Source of the DNA: Paramoeba atlantica
Lineage: Eukaryota; Protista; Discosea
Assembly (NCBI GenBank): GCA_977017575.1
Contig: CDRNVI010000012.1
Location: 1,054,001 to 1,118,000 of the forward strand
Length of the DNA stretch: 64,000 bases
Reading direction: 5' to 3'
Below, one piece after another: positions 1 to 10,071 of the stretch. Below the pieces are notes generated by a model. It did not search any database. It saw only the letters and a program-made list of their open reading frames with translations, and had not been told where the DNA came from. Position numbers and translations under genes: made by a program. The stretch's first letter is position 1. Every line of letters begins with the position of its first letter.

Positions 1-215
1 TTGATATTCGCTCCGTAAAAAATCGAATGTTTTCCTCGGTTTTGCTTATTTTAAACTTCTTACTTCTGTGGGTAGTATGTTTTGCGCAGGGGCGAAAGAT
101 GTAAAAAAAATCTCTTTATCTCTAGAGACAGCGTATGTAGAAATCTTCAAAAGTGTATTACAAGTATATTACAGGTTAAAAGGGTATTTTAGTTCATATA
201 ATTTCGCCTTTGAGC

Positions 216-995
216 ATGTCGCTTTATTGTCATTATGTGACATTCAGCGACAGCACTATCAGCCGTTCACGTTTAGGGAAAGCCAGGGCATCACTTCCGC
301 AGGAATACAACCTCGCGCGATGCATACAAGGTATTGAGAATCCCAGAGATTCGTGGAACGTTAATACAACAGCTTGCAGTTGGGAAGGTATCGCCTGTGA
401 TGAAAATCAGAAAGTAGACAAATTCCGTTTTTGGGGGTGGCAAATACGAGGTTATTTGGAGTGGGCTTATTTACCAGAGACGTTAAAGGTCGTGGACGTC
501 AGTGACAATAAATTGTTGGGACCGCTGTGCATTGAACAGCTTCCACGCGCGCTGACTCGACTATCTGCTTACATTAATTTGTTGTCTGGTAGCCTTAATC
601 TGTGCGAATTTCCTAATACAATGCTCTCTGCTTTTCTTTACAGAAATAATTTTTCAGAATCCATTGACTTACGTTGTCTCCCTCAAGGCATGCAGTGGTT
701 ATCCATAAGGTCTAATTTTCTCACAGGAATGCTCAATTTAACTGAGTTGCCGGTCACGATGTACGACATTAACGTTTCAACCAATTTCTTTCATGGTGCA
801 GTTACCTTAGATTGCTTACCACTCAGCATGGAACACATTGATTTGTCAAACAACCCTGATCTGACAGGAGTGTGTAATCCTTCCCTGCTACCGACGAATT
901 TGCGTCATAAACGTGTCGGGTGGTTTCGGTTTGTTTATACTGTTGACGATACAGCCGTCCTTTTTGAGAACACTGAAATCAAAGTGGTCGAATAG
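216..995 (+). CDS. Short leucine-rich-repeat protein (family copy 1)
   Basis: ORF 210..995, first ATG at 216. RLGKARASLPQEYNL motif, cap SW..TTACSWEGIAC, then repeats of LPxxLxxLxLxxNxFxG type. Confidence 0.9.
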   Translation: MSLYCHYVTFSDSTISRSRLGKARASLPQEYNLARCIQGIENPRDSWNVNTTACSWEGIACDENQKVDKFRFWGWQIRGYLEWAYLPETLKVVDVSDNKLLGPLCIEQLPRALTRLSAYINLLSGSLNLCEFPNTMLSAFLYRNNFSESIDLRCLPQGMQWLSIRSNFLTGMLNLTELPVTMYDINVSTNFFHGAVTLDCLPLSMEHIDLSNNPDLTGVCNPSLLPTNLRHKRVGWFRFVYTVDDTAVLFENTEIKVVE

Positions 996-1217
996 TTTGC
1001 AAGTATCACACAAGATTTCTAAGCGGTGAAACTTTCGGCATTGAAGTGGTGTGGTACTTACCCCCTAGTAATAGACCGGTGGATTATCATCCAGCGCACC
1101 ATTTTTTTTAGATTATCATATCCAGTGCACCAAAAGTCTATTTTTGGAAATTCGTTGCTAGTTCTATTCTATCAATATTTATATTGTATACTCTAATTGT
1201 TCTTTTCTTTATTCCTC

Positions 1218-1714
1218 ATGTCAAAATATCAGGGCCGGGCAAAGGGACAGAGTCACCATTCAAGAGATGTTTGAGGCAGGCGCAACACGGCGTGAGATCG
1301 TCACGGTAAATCCCGTAGCACCATTAGCCATGGGCTGGCCCGTAACAAGAAACGGGGTCGGCGTTACGAGGCCAGCCGCGCACACAGAGTGTCAAAGCGT
1401 CGCCTGGTAAGTAAGGGTGTGCGTCCCTGCCTTATCCGTGGGCCTGTGGAACGAGACAGAATTTTCGAACATGAAAGAGTGAATAAAAAGTTCGTTGCAA
1501 TTCATATTTTTGCGCTCCGTACCATTCATGGGAAAAGGGGGCGGTGGAAAACATGAATGGTCTAATTCATCAACACCGCAAGGCGACCGACTCATTTGAT
1601 TCTCTCAGCCTCACGGAGGTCACCAAGACAGCAAGAAAGTTGAACAAGCGGCCGAGGAAGGTTTTGTGGTGGGAATGTCCGAAGAATATCAAAAACCTGT
1701 TTGTTAAAGTTTGA
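1218..1714 (+). pseudogene. IS30-family DDE transposase relic, frameshifted and internally deleted
   Basis: Across frames: RDRVTIQEMFEAGATRREI / RSTISHGLARNKKRGRRYEASRAH (HTH_38-like), NETEF / FEHERVNKKF, and open frame 1487-1714 CNSYFCAPYHSWEKGAVENMNGLIHQH...KLNKRPRKVLWWECP, matching the IS30 C-terminal signature. Confidence 0.85.
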
Positions 1715-2193
1715 AGAGTGACGTTATGTAGGTAAGTAGAAAGTAATAGTACAAAAGTAGAGTATTGAGGGAGATACGGTGAGTAACTAACTCGCTTACC
1801 AAGGTTAATTCCACGAGCCCAAAATCGGCATAAAACGAGCACAAAAACGATTTTTTCAAAATTTTAAAAACAGAGGTATGGCTCATCATCAATCTCTGTA
1901 ATTCTCCAAAAATGAAAAAAATCGAGTACAGTCCGCCGTTTTTAGAACGCTTTTACCGAAAACGAGACTCGGAATGCGGCTCAGAAACGGACATTTCAAA
2001 TCCGAAAAAAACACGAAGATGCTTGATTATGTTCCCAAAATTGACAGACTACAGCTGTATCAAAGCTTGGGGAATATTTTTGAGCTCCTAAACTAACTTC
2101 CAGGACTATCTTTTTTTTTTTGAAACTCATTTCACTCGCCGACGGCATGACAAATGAACGAAAAAAAAGTATAATTTTTTCGGCCCTGAAAAA

Positions 2194-2702
2194 GTGGCCA
2201 GCTGGCCACCACCTGGAAAAATGGCCAGCTGACTACCAAAAAATACAGTTTGCATTTCGTATACGTAAGATGAATGGCGACGTCCAAAAAAAGTCGCAAG
2301 CTCGCCAACTCCTGCACGAAAGGACAGCTGGCCACTTTTTCAGTGGGTGGCCAGGTGGCCACTTTTTCACAGGGCGACCAGGGGGCCACTTTTTCTTAGG
2401 GTGGCCAGGTGGCCCCTTTTTCAGAGGGCGACCAGGTGGCCACTTTTTCAGAGGGTGGCCAGGTGGCCACTTTTTCTTAGGGTGGCCAAGTGGCCACTTT
2501 TTCAGGGGGTGGCTAGCTGGCCACTTTTTCAGGGGGCGGCCAGGTGGCTACTCTTTCAGTCGGTGGCCTGCTGGGTACTTTTTCAGGGGGTCGTCATCCG
2601 GCCACTTGTTTAGGGTGTGGCCAGCTGACCACTTTTTCAGAGGGTGGCCAGGTGGCCACCTTTTCTTAGGGTGGCCAGGTGTCCACTCTTTCACAGGGCG
2701 AC
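2194..2702. repeat. 27-bp minisatellite with palindromic core GTGGCCA-NN-TGGCCAC
   Basis: About 14 regular units at 2325-2702 plus degenerate units upstream. Perfect 16-bp palindrome gtggccagctggccac at 2194-2209. Confidence 0.9.
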
Positions 2703-3586
2703 CAATCCAAAAAAATCCAAATCATTCCGGATTGCTCCGGATGGGCACTGGCAAGCCAGACCCTTCACCGACAGATTTGGAAGTTCCGAGGCCGACGTCC
2801 TCTACTAGTTTCCGCTTGTCCAAAGCGGCACCAACGTGCTGTTGCCAACATGCTGCGTCGACGAACTGTACGTCAACACGGCTTACCCAAGAGGTGTAAG
2901 CCGGGTAAGGGAGCTGGTTTCCTGAGGGGAGGGTCCGGGACGGTCCTCCGAGTACTGGGCCTAGTCGGTTCTCAGCCCAGCCTCTTAGAGTGAGGCCGCC
3001 GGGAATATTGCGATGAGCGGGTTTGAACTCGCCGTCTGAGCACCATGTGCTTCAAACTTTGAATTCTTGCCATTCCGCCACCTCCGCGGTCCCAATCACC
3101 ACGGTCCCAATCACCAAAATCAACATTTCCAAGCAAAAATTCGAATCCACGAAAACGGAAATGGAGAGCGGTCGGGGGACAAAAAATACATTTATGCGAC
3201 CCCAACAAGGGGGCATCCGCCATTACTCCAAAACATCCCCGAGGCTCTACAAAGAAGCAATCTGCTTCATCTCACAAACACAGCTTGAATTCAGACCTCG
3301 CGAACCAGTGGCCCACTGTTAAGCAACTTCGTACGTAAGCCGTTTCGTTGTCGCGTTCGGTCGTTGCGGTGATTGGTCAGAAAATAACCCATTTCAACTC
3401 GTCCACCACGTAAAACGCTGAAATGCGCAGGGGAATTGCCAAACTCGTCTTCCGCACGCAATTGCGTTGCTGAAACAGGGTCCAGCAAACAGGCACCGTC
3501 AGGGATATGCTTTACGAGAGAGGCTTGATCGTCCCTGCGTTGTTCTGTGTCGAAATCTTGGCGTGCTTTCAAACTTGTGCGTTCAG

Positions 3587-3722
3587 TGGGCGACCAGGTG
3601 GAACTTTTTCGCCACTTTTTCACAGGGCGACCAGGTGGCCATTTTTTCAGGGGGTGATCTGGCCACTTTTTAGGGTGTGGCCAGATGGCCCCTTTTTCGG
3701 AGGGTGGCCAGGTGGCTATTTT
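3587..3722. repeat. Second block of the 27-bp minisatellite
   Basis: About 5 units of gggcgaccaggtggcca/gggtggccaggtggc type, with indels. Confidence 0.85.
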
Positions 3723-3811
3723 TTACTGATTGATAAGACGAAAGTGTTTTACGAAGTTTAAGACGAGACTGATTGATTTTACTGATTGATAAGACAAAAC
3801 TGTTTTTGTAG

Positions 3812-4032
3812 AATCCAGGTATAAAGGGAATTCAAGTATAAAAGGCGAGTGAGATACGAAGCAACAGATGTAGCAGATTCCCACTGAAAAGAAATCGTAT
3901 CTCCCTGCACGAATTTGGCTCCAAGCTAGCAAGCGCATAGGCATTTCTCGTGCAGGGAGAGACGATTTCTTTTCAGTGGGAATCTGCTACATCTGTTGCT
4001 TCGTATCTCCCTCGCCCCTTTATACCTGGATT
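3812..4032. mobile_element. Fold-back/MITE-like element
   Basis: 69-bp arms 3844-3912 and 3948-4016 with 2 mismatches and a 35-nt loop, plus outer aatccaggtataaaggg (3812-3828) inverted at 4016-4032. Confidence 0.75.
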
Positions 4033-4937
4033 TCTGAAAGGTCCAGACTACTGCTTTGTTTCTCACCAATATGCTTGTTTAATGCTGCTTTATCATTTTT
4101 GATTTTCCAAGTCATTTTTTCTGATGTCTAATGCCAGTTTCATGTAGAAATTTATACCAATCATTTTGTTATCCAATAAAGTCCATTTTTTTATAAATAT
4201 TCTTGGTGAACTGGATATGAAAAAATGTTTGACACCTGTGAACGGGCTTCTTTTTCATCTTTTTTGGTGCACTGGATACGCGAAAATGTTGGTGCACTGG
4301 ATATGATAATCCGTGACCCTTAGTAACGAGGATTTGACCCTTTTTGGGCCGACCCCCAGTAACAATGATTTGGGTTGGGAGCGTGGTTGGACGGGCACGG
4401 ATGGCGTATATATACAGTTGTAGTTGCCTGGTTGACATACCTGTAGTATGTTTTGCCTTATCGTGAACAAGGGTAGGTGACATATCTTCCCCCCTGGAGT
4501 TTCGGCAATTAGGGTAAAAGAAAATTTTGCTGTCGTTTATTGTGCTGCTGTTTCTTATTTCATTTTTTCCTGTTTTTCTACATACAAACTCAGGACTTCG
4601 TTTCTATACAGCGGGATATGCAGCAGAAAAGTCATGTAAACTTGAAAAAATGAACTTCATTTTTTTGATAAATTGAAGTGCCAATTTTCACCACAGTTTT
4701 AACTAAAATCACATGATGATTGCTCTTGTAGTGATTCGTTGAAATGATACAACTTAACCCACAATTCGCTGAATGTATGAAGGTCTCTCATAGTTGGATA
4801 ATGCATAATTTTCCTTTAGACGATGGTTCTCATAAATTTTACGTGTGTACGTGTGTGCGTATCTGATACAATTTCTTTAAATTATACACACTTCGAACTA
4901 TTCAATAAAAAAGTCTTTCATAAAAGACCCGAATTGT

Positions 4938-6593
4938 ATGCAACTGTCCCACCTATGGGACAATTTGAGTTTACTTGCGGACTACACGTTGAATCGTTTG
5001 GATTTTTCAAGCGGGGCGAATGACATAGTTGTCATACAGGATACACGAGGTCTTCTTCGTTCCACTCCATTTCACATTCGCTTTGGAAGGTGGAAACGTT
5101 TTGGGTCACAATCTAAAAGAGTGAGTATTGAAATAAATGGTTCACCAGTGGATATGTCTCTTTATCTTGGTGAGGATGGATATTGTTACTGGCTTTCACC
5201 GGACTCTTCAGTTATTGATAACAATGAAGATCCTATTTTTGGGATACCTGTACTTGGTAGTCCGCGCGGCATAGAAACCTACGAGAGTGGGTGGAACAAT
5301 AAAGCAAGAAAATCTTTGTTTCCTACTGAGTGTGTTTTACGCGAACTTGCTCCTCATGAAGGCAAAAATGTAATTCGATTTTTGTTAGATCGTGACTCGA
5401 ATACTTGTCGTGATATCACTGCCAATATTTTTCGGTGGAGAGAAGACGCCCAACTTGTTATCAGTGACATTGACGGTACGATCACTAGAAGTGACATTTT
5501 GGGGCATATTCTTTCAGGGGTCGGTAAGGATTGGACTCGGCAAGGGACGTGTGCATTTTACCAGCGTGTTGCTCGCAATGGATATCATTTTATTTATCTC
5601 ACTTCACGAACCTTGGGTCAGCAAGGACAAACGAGAAAATTTTTGACGAACGTTAGACAAGGAGATCGCGGCCTTCCCGATGGGCCTGTTGTCGTAGCAC
5701 CGGATCTTTTCTTTTCCGGGTTTCAACGAGAAGTGTATCATCGGCCTTACGAGTCAAAAATAGCTCTACTTCAATCACTTGGCCGGTGCTTTCCCAAAGG
5801 TTGTCATCCTTTTTCCGCCGCGTTCGGCAATACAGTTAGTGATGTGGTTGCCTATACATCTGTGGGGATACCTTCATCACGCATTTTGATTTTAACGAAA
5901 TGGGGAACAGTCTTATTAGGAGGTGTTGAGTCTTCATATGTCGATTTAAACGAATTGGTTGAATTGCTTTTTCCTCCACTAGTAGCTGATAGTCGTTGTA
6001 TCGGCTCGCCATTTTTTAATTCGTACCACTATTGGCGAATGCATTTGTCGTCAGCATGTGCATCGGAGTTTTTGAAATTACATACGAATGAAACAGTGCA
6101 AGAAGGTTCTAACAAACTTTTTTCTAGTACAGATTGTCTCCCCGGTACCTACCTATTGCGCAATGCGCACTGCGACGGCTTTATGGCTTTGCACCAAGCA
6201 GAGTCTTCCCAAGAAATATCAGCCATCGTTGTGAGTGCAAACACAGCATCGAAATCAGGCCTTGTGAAAGCGGCATGTCTGTGGTATCTTCAAAAATGTT
6301 CAGAAGACTCATCATTGCCCCGTCATTATCTAATAAACTGTATAAGCCGACATAAGCTTTCCCTCTCTTCACACGATGGGCTAGTAGGAGACTTTCCGGA
6401 GCAGCCATCATTGAAGTATCATGTAGAGCATTTCTCAGACCGCAAGGCACTTCGTTTTTTGGATGCCAAAGGAAATGCCCTCGCAGTTGACAAAACAATG
6501 TGTGTTGTGCAAAAATCTCTAAATGAATTGTATCATCCAGATGCGGCTTTGTGGGCGTTGGTTCCAATCACAGTGGACGAAGGCAGCGCTTAA
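4938..6593 (+). CDS. Lipin/Pah1-type phosphatidate phosphatase with C-terminal extension
   Basis: N-LIP motif STPFHIRFG, HAD motif ISDIDGTITRSDILGH, FGNTVSDVVAY. Confidence 0.9.
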   Translation: MQLSHLWDNLSLLADYTLNRLDFSSGANDIVVIQDTRGLLRSTPFHIRFGRWKRFGSQSKRVSIEINGSPVDMSLYLGEDGYCYWLSPDSSVIDNNEDPIFGIPVLGSPRGIETYESGWNNKARKSLFPTECVLRELAPHEGKNVIRFLLDRDSNTCRDITANIFRWREDAQLVISDIDGTITRSDILGHILSGVGKDWTRQGTCAFYQRVARNGYHFIYLTSRTLGQQGQTRKFLTNVRQGDRGLPDGPVVVAPDLFFSGFQREVYHRPYESKIALLQSLGRCFPKGCHPFSAAFGNTVSDVVAYTSVGIPSSRILILTKWGTVLLGGVESSYVDLNELVELLFPPLVADSRCIGSPFFNSYHYWRMHLSSACASEFLKLHTNETVQEGSNKLFSSTDCLPGTYLLRNAHCDGFMALHQAESSQEISAIVVSANTASKSGLVKAACLWYLQKCSEDSSLPRHYLINCISRHKLSLSSHDGLVGDFPEQPSLKYHVEHFSDRKALRFLDAKGNALAVDKTMCVVQKSLNELYHPDAALWALVPITVDEGSA

Positions 6594-6754
6594 GTGAACA
6601 GGAAATACGCCTTTCTTTTCTTACATTACTCGAAAGTACATCGAGCACGGTAGATGTAACTTTTGTAGACCTTTTTAGAACAAGCTTAAAGTTATTTTTC
6701 TATCATACCAGCGATTTTAATTTAGATTTTTAGTGTATTTTATCTTGATTTGTT

Positions 6755-7378
6755 ATGAGCAATTCTTCATTGGAAGAAACGACTGCGAGTATTACTCACT
6801 TAAATCTCTCTAGAGAAAGCACACCGGGTGAGGTATCCCACACAGAATATTCTCCTATAAAAGACTACGAGAACGGGGAAGGGTTTCATGTTTCAGAGTT
6901 TAAGAGCTCTGAAGTAGAGCCTGAAACTAGAATCCAAACAAGTAGCCCTCTCTCCGTTAAAGGATCGGAAACTCCAACTCATGCGACAAAAACGAAAGCT
7001 GACTTTCTGTCTGATTTTGAAAAATCCACTCAACAGCGTTTGGCGCAGCAGGCCTCGGCTGAGCAAGCTCAACTGTTACATCAGGAGGAGCAGGCACGAA
7101 TATATCTGCTGAAGCACGAGGAGGATCGAAAGGCACTGACTGCCCAGCGTCGTGCGATGCATGAGTCTGCGGGTTGCTATGACACGCCATGTGATCCCAC
7201 GCCTGCTCAAACGGGAACGCCTACCTGGGAGAGGGTGTCCCAATTAATTGATTTTGGGAAGCTGAAAAGTCGAGAAAATGTGAACGCACGTCGCATGGAA
7301 CAAATCTTGCGTTCGCTGACGAAACCAGGAAAAGGGACCTCCCCGACGCACTCTTCTCCTACCAGCCCGACACGTTAA
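6755..7378 (+). CDS. Clathrin light chain-like protein
   Basis: Acidic N-terminus, central helix, C-terminal WERVSQLIDF...RRMEQILRSL. Confidence 0.7.
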   Translation: MSNSSLEETTASITHLNLSRESTPGEVSHTEYSPIKDYENGEGFHVSEFKSSEVEPETRIQTSSPLSVKGSETPTHATKTKADFLSDFEKSTQQRLAQQASAEQAQLLHQEEQARIYLLKHEEDRKALTAQRRAMHESAGCYDTPCDPTPAQTGTPTWERVSQLIDFGKLKSRENVNARRMEQILRSLTKPGKGTSPTHSSPTSPTR

Positions 7379-7690
7379 GCTGTACATTGGCATAGTTTGT
7401 GATCGCTTGAACTTCTATTCTGACTTTCTATAAATTCCCTATTTTTTATGTAATTTTTCCTCTGCACGCTTCGTTCTGGAAAAACAGAAGCGTTCTCTTA
7501 TACAACCTCATTCTCCATTCGACAGCCTTCATACCCAACTCAAACCTCATCCATTCTTGTCCAATACCCGTACCTCTTTTCAACTCGTTTCAACACACAC
7601 AAAACCAAACCATTTCCCTCCCTCTCCTCTTTCCCTTCCTCTTTTATACTCTCTTCCTCCCCCACCCCCACCCCCCCTCTCCCCTCCCCC

Positions 7691-8416
7691 ATGCACGCCC
7701 TCCTCTCCACCCTCCCCCCCTCCCTCACCTCCTCCCCCGCGGTCCGTGCCGCTCTCCTCTCCACGGACCGCCGCCACTACGTCCCCCCCGCCTCCTCCCC
7801 CCTGGCCTACACCGACGCCCCCCTCCCCCTCGGCCACGGCGTCACCATCTCCGCCCCCCACATGCACGCCATGGCTCTGGCCCTCCTCGAGCCCTATCTC
7901 CTCCCCCGAACCGATCCCCCCACCACCCCTCCCCTACGCATCCTGGACGTTGGCTCCGGCTCCGGGTACCTCACCGCGGCGCTCGCGGCCATGGCCGGGG
8001 TGGGCGGGGAGGGGGGGGACAACGACAACCGCAGTGGTCGTCGGCCCCCCCCCGTGGTCGTCTACGGGGTGGAATCCGTAAAGGAGCTGGTCCCGGTCTC
8101 CAAGGCGAATCTCGCGGCGGACGGGAAAGGGGCGTGGGTGGAGGACGGGAGAGTGGTGCTACGGCACGGGGATGGGAGTAAAGGGGTACCGGGGGAGAAG
8201 GGGCCGTATGCGGCGATCCATGTGGGGGCGGCCGCGGGGGTGTTCCCGCGGGCGTTGGTGGAGCAGTTGGCGGCGCCGGGGGGGATGGTGGTGCCGTTGG
8301 GGGGGCAGGGGGAGGTGCAGCAGTTGACGTTGATTGAGAAGGATGGGGAGGGGAGGGTGAGGATGAGGGAGTGTTGTGCGGTGCAGTATGTGCCGTTGCA
8401 TATGGAGGGGGGGTGA
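7691..8416 (+). CDS. PCMT1: Protein-L-isoaspartate O-methyltransferase
   Basis: TISAPHMHA, ILDVGSGSGYLTA, GPYAAIHVGAAA, QLAAPGG, VQYVPL. Confidence 0.93.
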   Translation: MHALLSTLPPSLTSSPAVRAALLSTDRRHYVPPASSPLAYTDAPLPLGHGVTISAPHMHAMALALLEPYLLPRTDPPTTPPLRILDVGSGSGYLTAALAAMAGVGGEGGDNDNRSGRRPPPVVVYGVESVKELVPVSKANLAADGKGAWVEDGRVVLRHGDGSKGVPGEKGPYAAIHVGAAAGVFPRALVEQLAAPGGMVVPLGGQGEVQQLTLIEKDGEGRVRMRECCAVQYVPLHMEGG

Positions 8417-8418
8417 GG

Positions 8419-8607
8419 GGGGAGTGAGGGGTTGCGTTGCTGGGGTTTTGTTCCTGTTGGGAATGAAGATTAGTTGTACATACGTGGGTTAGCGTTATTA
8501 CAAACTGCAACCGGGGGTAGGGGGAGTGATGGGTTGCGTTGCTGGGTTTTTTTCCTGTTGAGAATGAAGATTAGTTGTACATACGTGGGTTGTACATACG
8601 TGGGTTA
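8419..8607. repeat. ~72-bp direct duplication in the PIMT 3' flank
   Basis: ggggagtga.gggttgcgttgctgg...gaatgaagattagttgtacatacgtgggtt at ~8419-8490 and ~8521-8591, followed by a third gtacatacgtgggtt. Confidence 0.85.
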
Positions 8608-8784
8608 GCGGTATTGCTTTATTAGTAGATTACTTAACATACGAGTGACTACATACTGTCAGTCTTAGAGTGTATTATTCAATACGTAGACTTCAACCAG
8701 AAAAAAAATCAGACGGGGATTTGCCCTTATAAAGCAAAACATCGTGTACGCATGGCATAAGTTTTCTTTTGGCATAAGTTTGCT

Positions 8785-9417
8785 ATGTACTGTATATGTT
8801 TATCGTTCGTGGACGAGTTACAAACTGTAACTCGTGCTGGTAAAGTAAGAGGTAACATACTTCCGCCTGAACACACACTTTCTTACTTTATTGAGAACGT
8901 GGAAAACCCGCACCCCTCATGGAACACTACTACTCCGGCATGCAGTTGGGATGGAATATGCTGCACTGAATCGGCCCAAGTTACAGAAATAAAATGGCAG
9001 GGTCGTAGACTGCGTGGCTTCCTGAATTGGGGTAAACTTCCCAGTACGCTGGTATCGATAAACGTAGGCACTGGCGTCTACGGACTCCGTAATCATCTTA
9101 CTGGGATGATAGAATTTATCCTTTTGCTTCCAGGTTTGGAAAAACTCCTCGCCATGAAGGCTAATTTTTCGGGGGATCTTGACTTTACACAGCTTCCAGA
9201 CAGTATGCGAAACGTTGTATTGAATGGAAATCGATTTAGCGGTGGGCTAAATTTCCTACAGTTACCTTCAGGATTAAACACTCTGGTGCTAAGCAGCAAT
9301 TTTTTCTCAGGTGTTGTCGATTTCACTAACCTTCCGAGTAAACTGCATCATCTAGAAATTGATGCATATGTTATCATTCCTCTTGGGAAAGTGCCTCCAT
9401 GTGTGATTTTCGTGTAA
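8785..9417 (+). CDS. Short LRR protein (copy 2)
   Basis: TRAGKVRGNILPPEHTL, TPACSWDGICC, LP..L..L.L..N.FSG repeats. Confidence 0.9.
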   Translation: MYCICLSFVDELQTVTRAGKVRGNILPPEHTLSYFIENVENPHPSWNTTTPACSWDGICCTESAQVTEIKWQGRRLRGFLNWGKLPSTLVSINVGTGVYGLRNHLTGMIEFILLLPGLEKLLAMKANFSGDLDFTQLPDSMRNVVLNGNRFSGGLNFLQLPSGLNTLVLSSNFFSGVVDFTNLPSKLHHLEIDAYVIIPLGKVPPCVIFV

Positions 9418-10071
9418 TTATTGAGTGGAAGGTCCCTTGATTCCCCTGATACATTTTTCGAAATATGGTGTAATTGGAGGTAACACTATGTTGTCCTGAT
9501 TTATTTATTGTTCTCCTTCTCTTCTGATACGTGTTACGCTTCTCGGGCAACCCTCTATTAGTTTTTCTGCATCCGTTATCTCCTCGTACCTCCTTTGCGG
9601 AGATGAGCCACTGTCAGTGGCGACTTGGCCGCGTTACAATTTCTTTTTCATAGCACAGAAAACAAAATTCCAGTAAGTACTCAAATATTTCTTCTGAAAA
9701 ACATACGGCAATATTCAAGTTTTTTGAAAAGGATTACTGTCGCAGGCTTACAGTTCTTCAAGAACAGAAGAATTACTCAGCATCGGTTCTTACGACCTTT
9801 GCGAAGCCACGCCGATTCAAAGATGAAATATTCCTGAACTTCCGTGCGTGATACTTCGCCGGTAACAACCGTAAAAGTAGTGGGAACGGTGTGGTGTGCA
9901 TACGCCACGAAAGTAGTACGCTTGGCGTACTCCCGGTACCACGTATGCACATTCCAAATCCCCTTGAGCCCGCTTGGGCCTTGATGAGGTGAAGAGAAAC
10001 CATGCATTACACATCACTTTCCCTATTATCATCAGTCCTTTCTGGACTTTCTGTATGTCCTTTCTTTTCTT

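Larger units (their letters stand above)
1081..4312. mobile_element. Composite non-autonomous element bounded by inverted subterminal repeats
   Basis: gattatcatatccagtgcaccaa (1111-1133) is the exact reverse complement of 4289-4311, with extra partial copies at 1081-1101 and 4262-4278. The interior holds an IS30 relic, minisatellites and a fold-back. True termini and TSD were not identified. Confidence 0.5.

Noticed and set aside
2120-2899. 259-aa ORF of GGHFFRGWP repeats as a real protein
   Set aside because: It is explained by a 27-bp palindromic minisatellite that leaves several frames open. The second block has frame-breaking indels.
7540-8510. Overlapping Pro-rich and Gly-rich ORFs around PIMT, and likewise at 17.3-18.9, 26.7-27.8 and 52.4-53.9 kb
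   Set aside because: Shadow ORFs caused by the stop-poor GC islands. One frame in each has the coherent protein.
9980-10002. Hammerhead-like ttgatgag...gaaac
   Set aside because: Lacks CUGA and stem II, and copies 2 and 3 read tgacgag.
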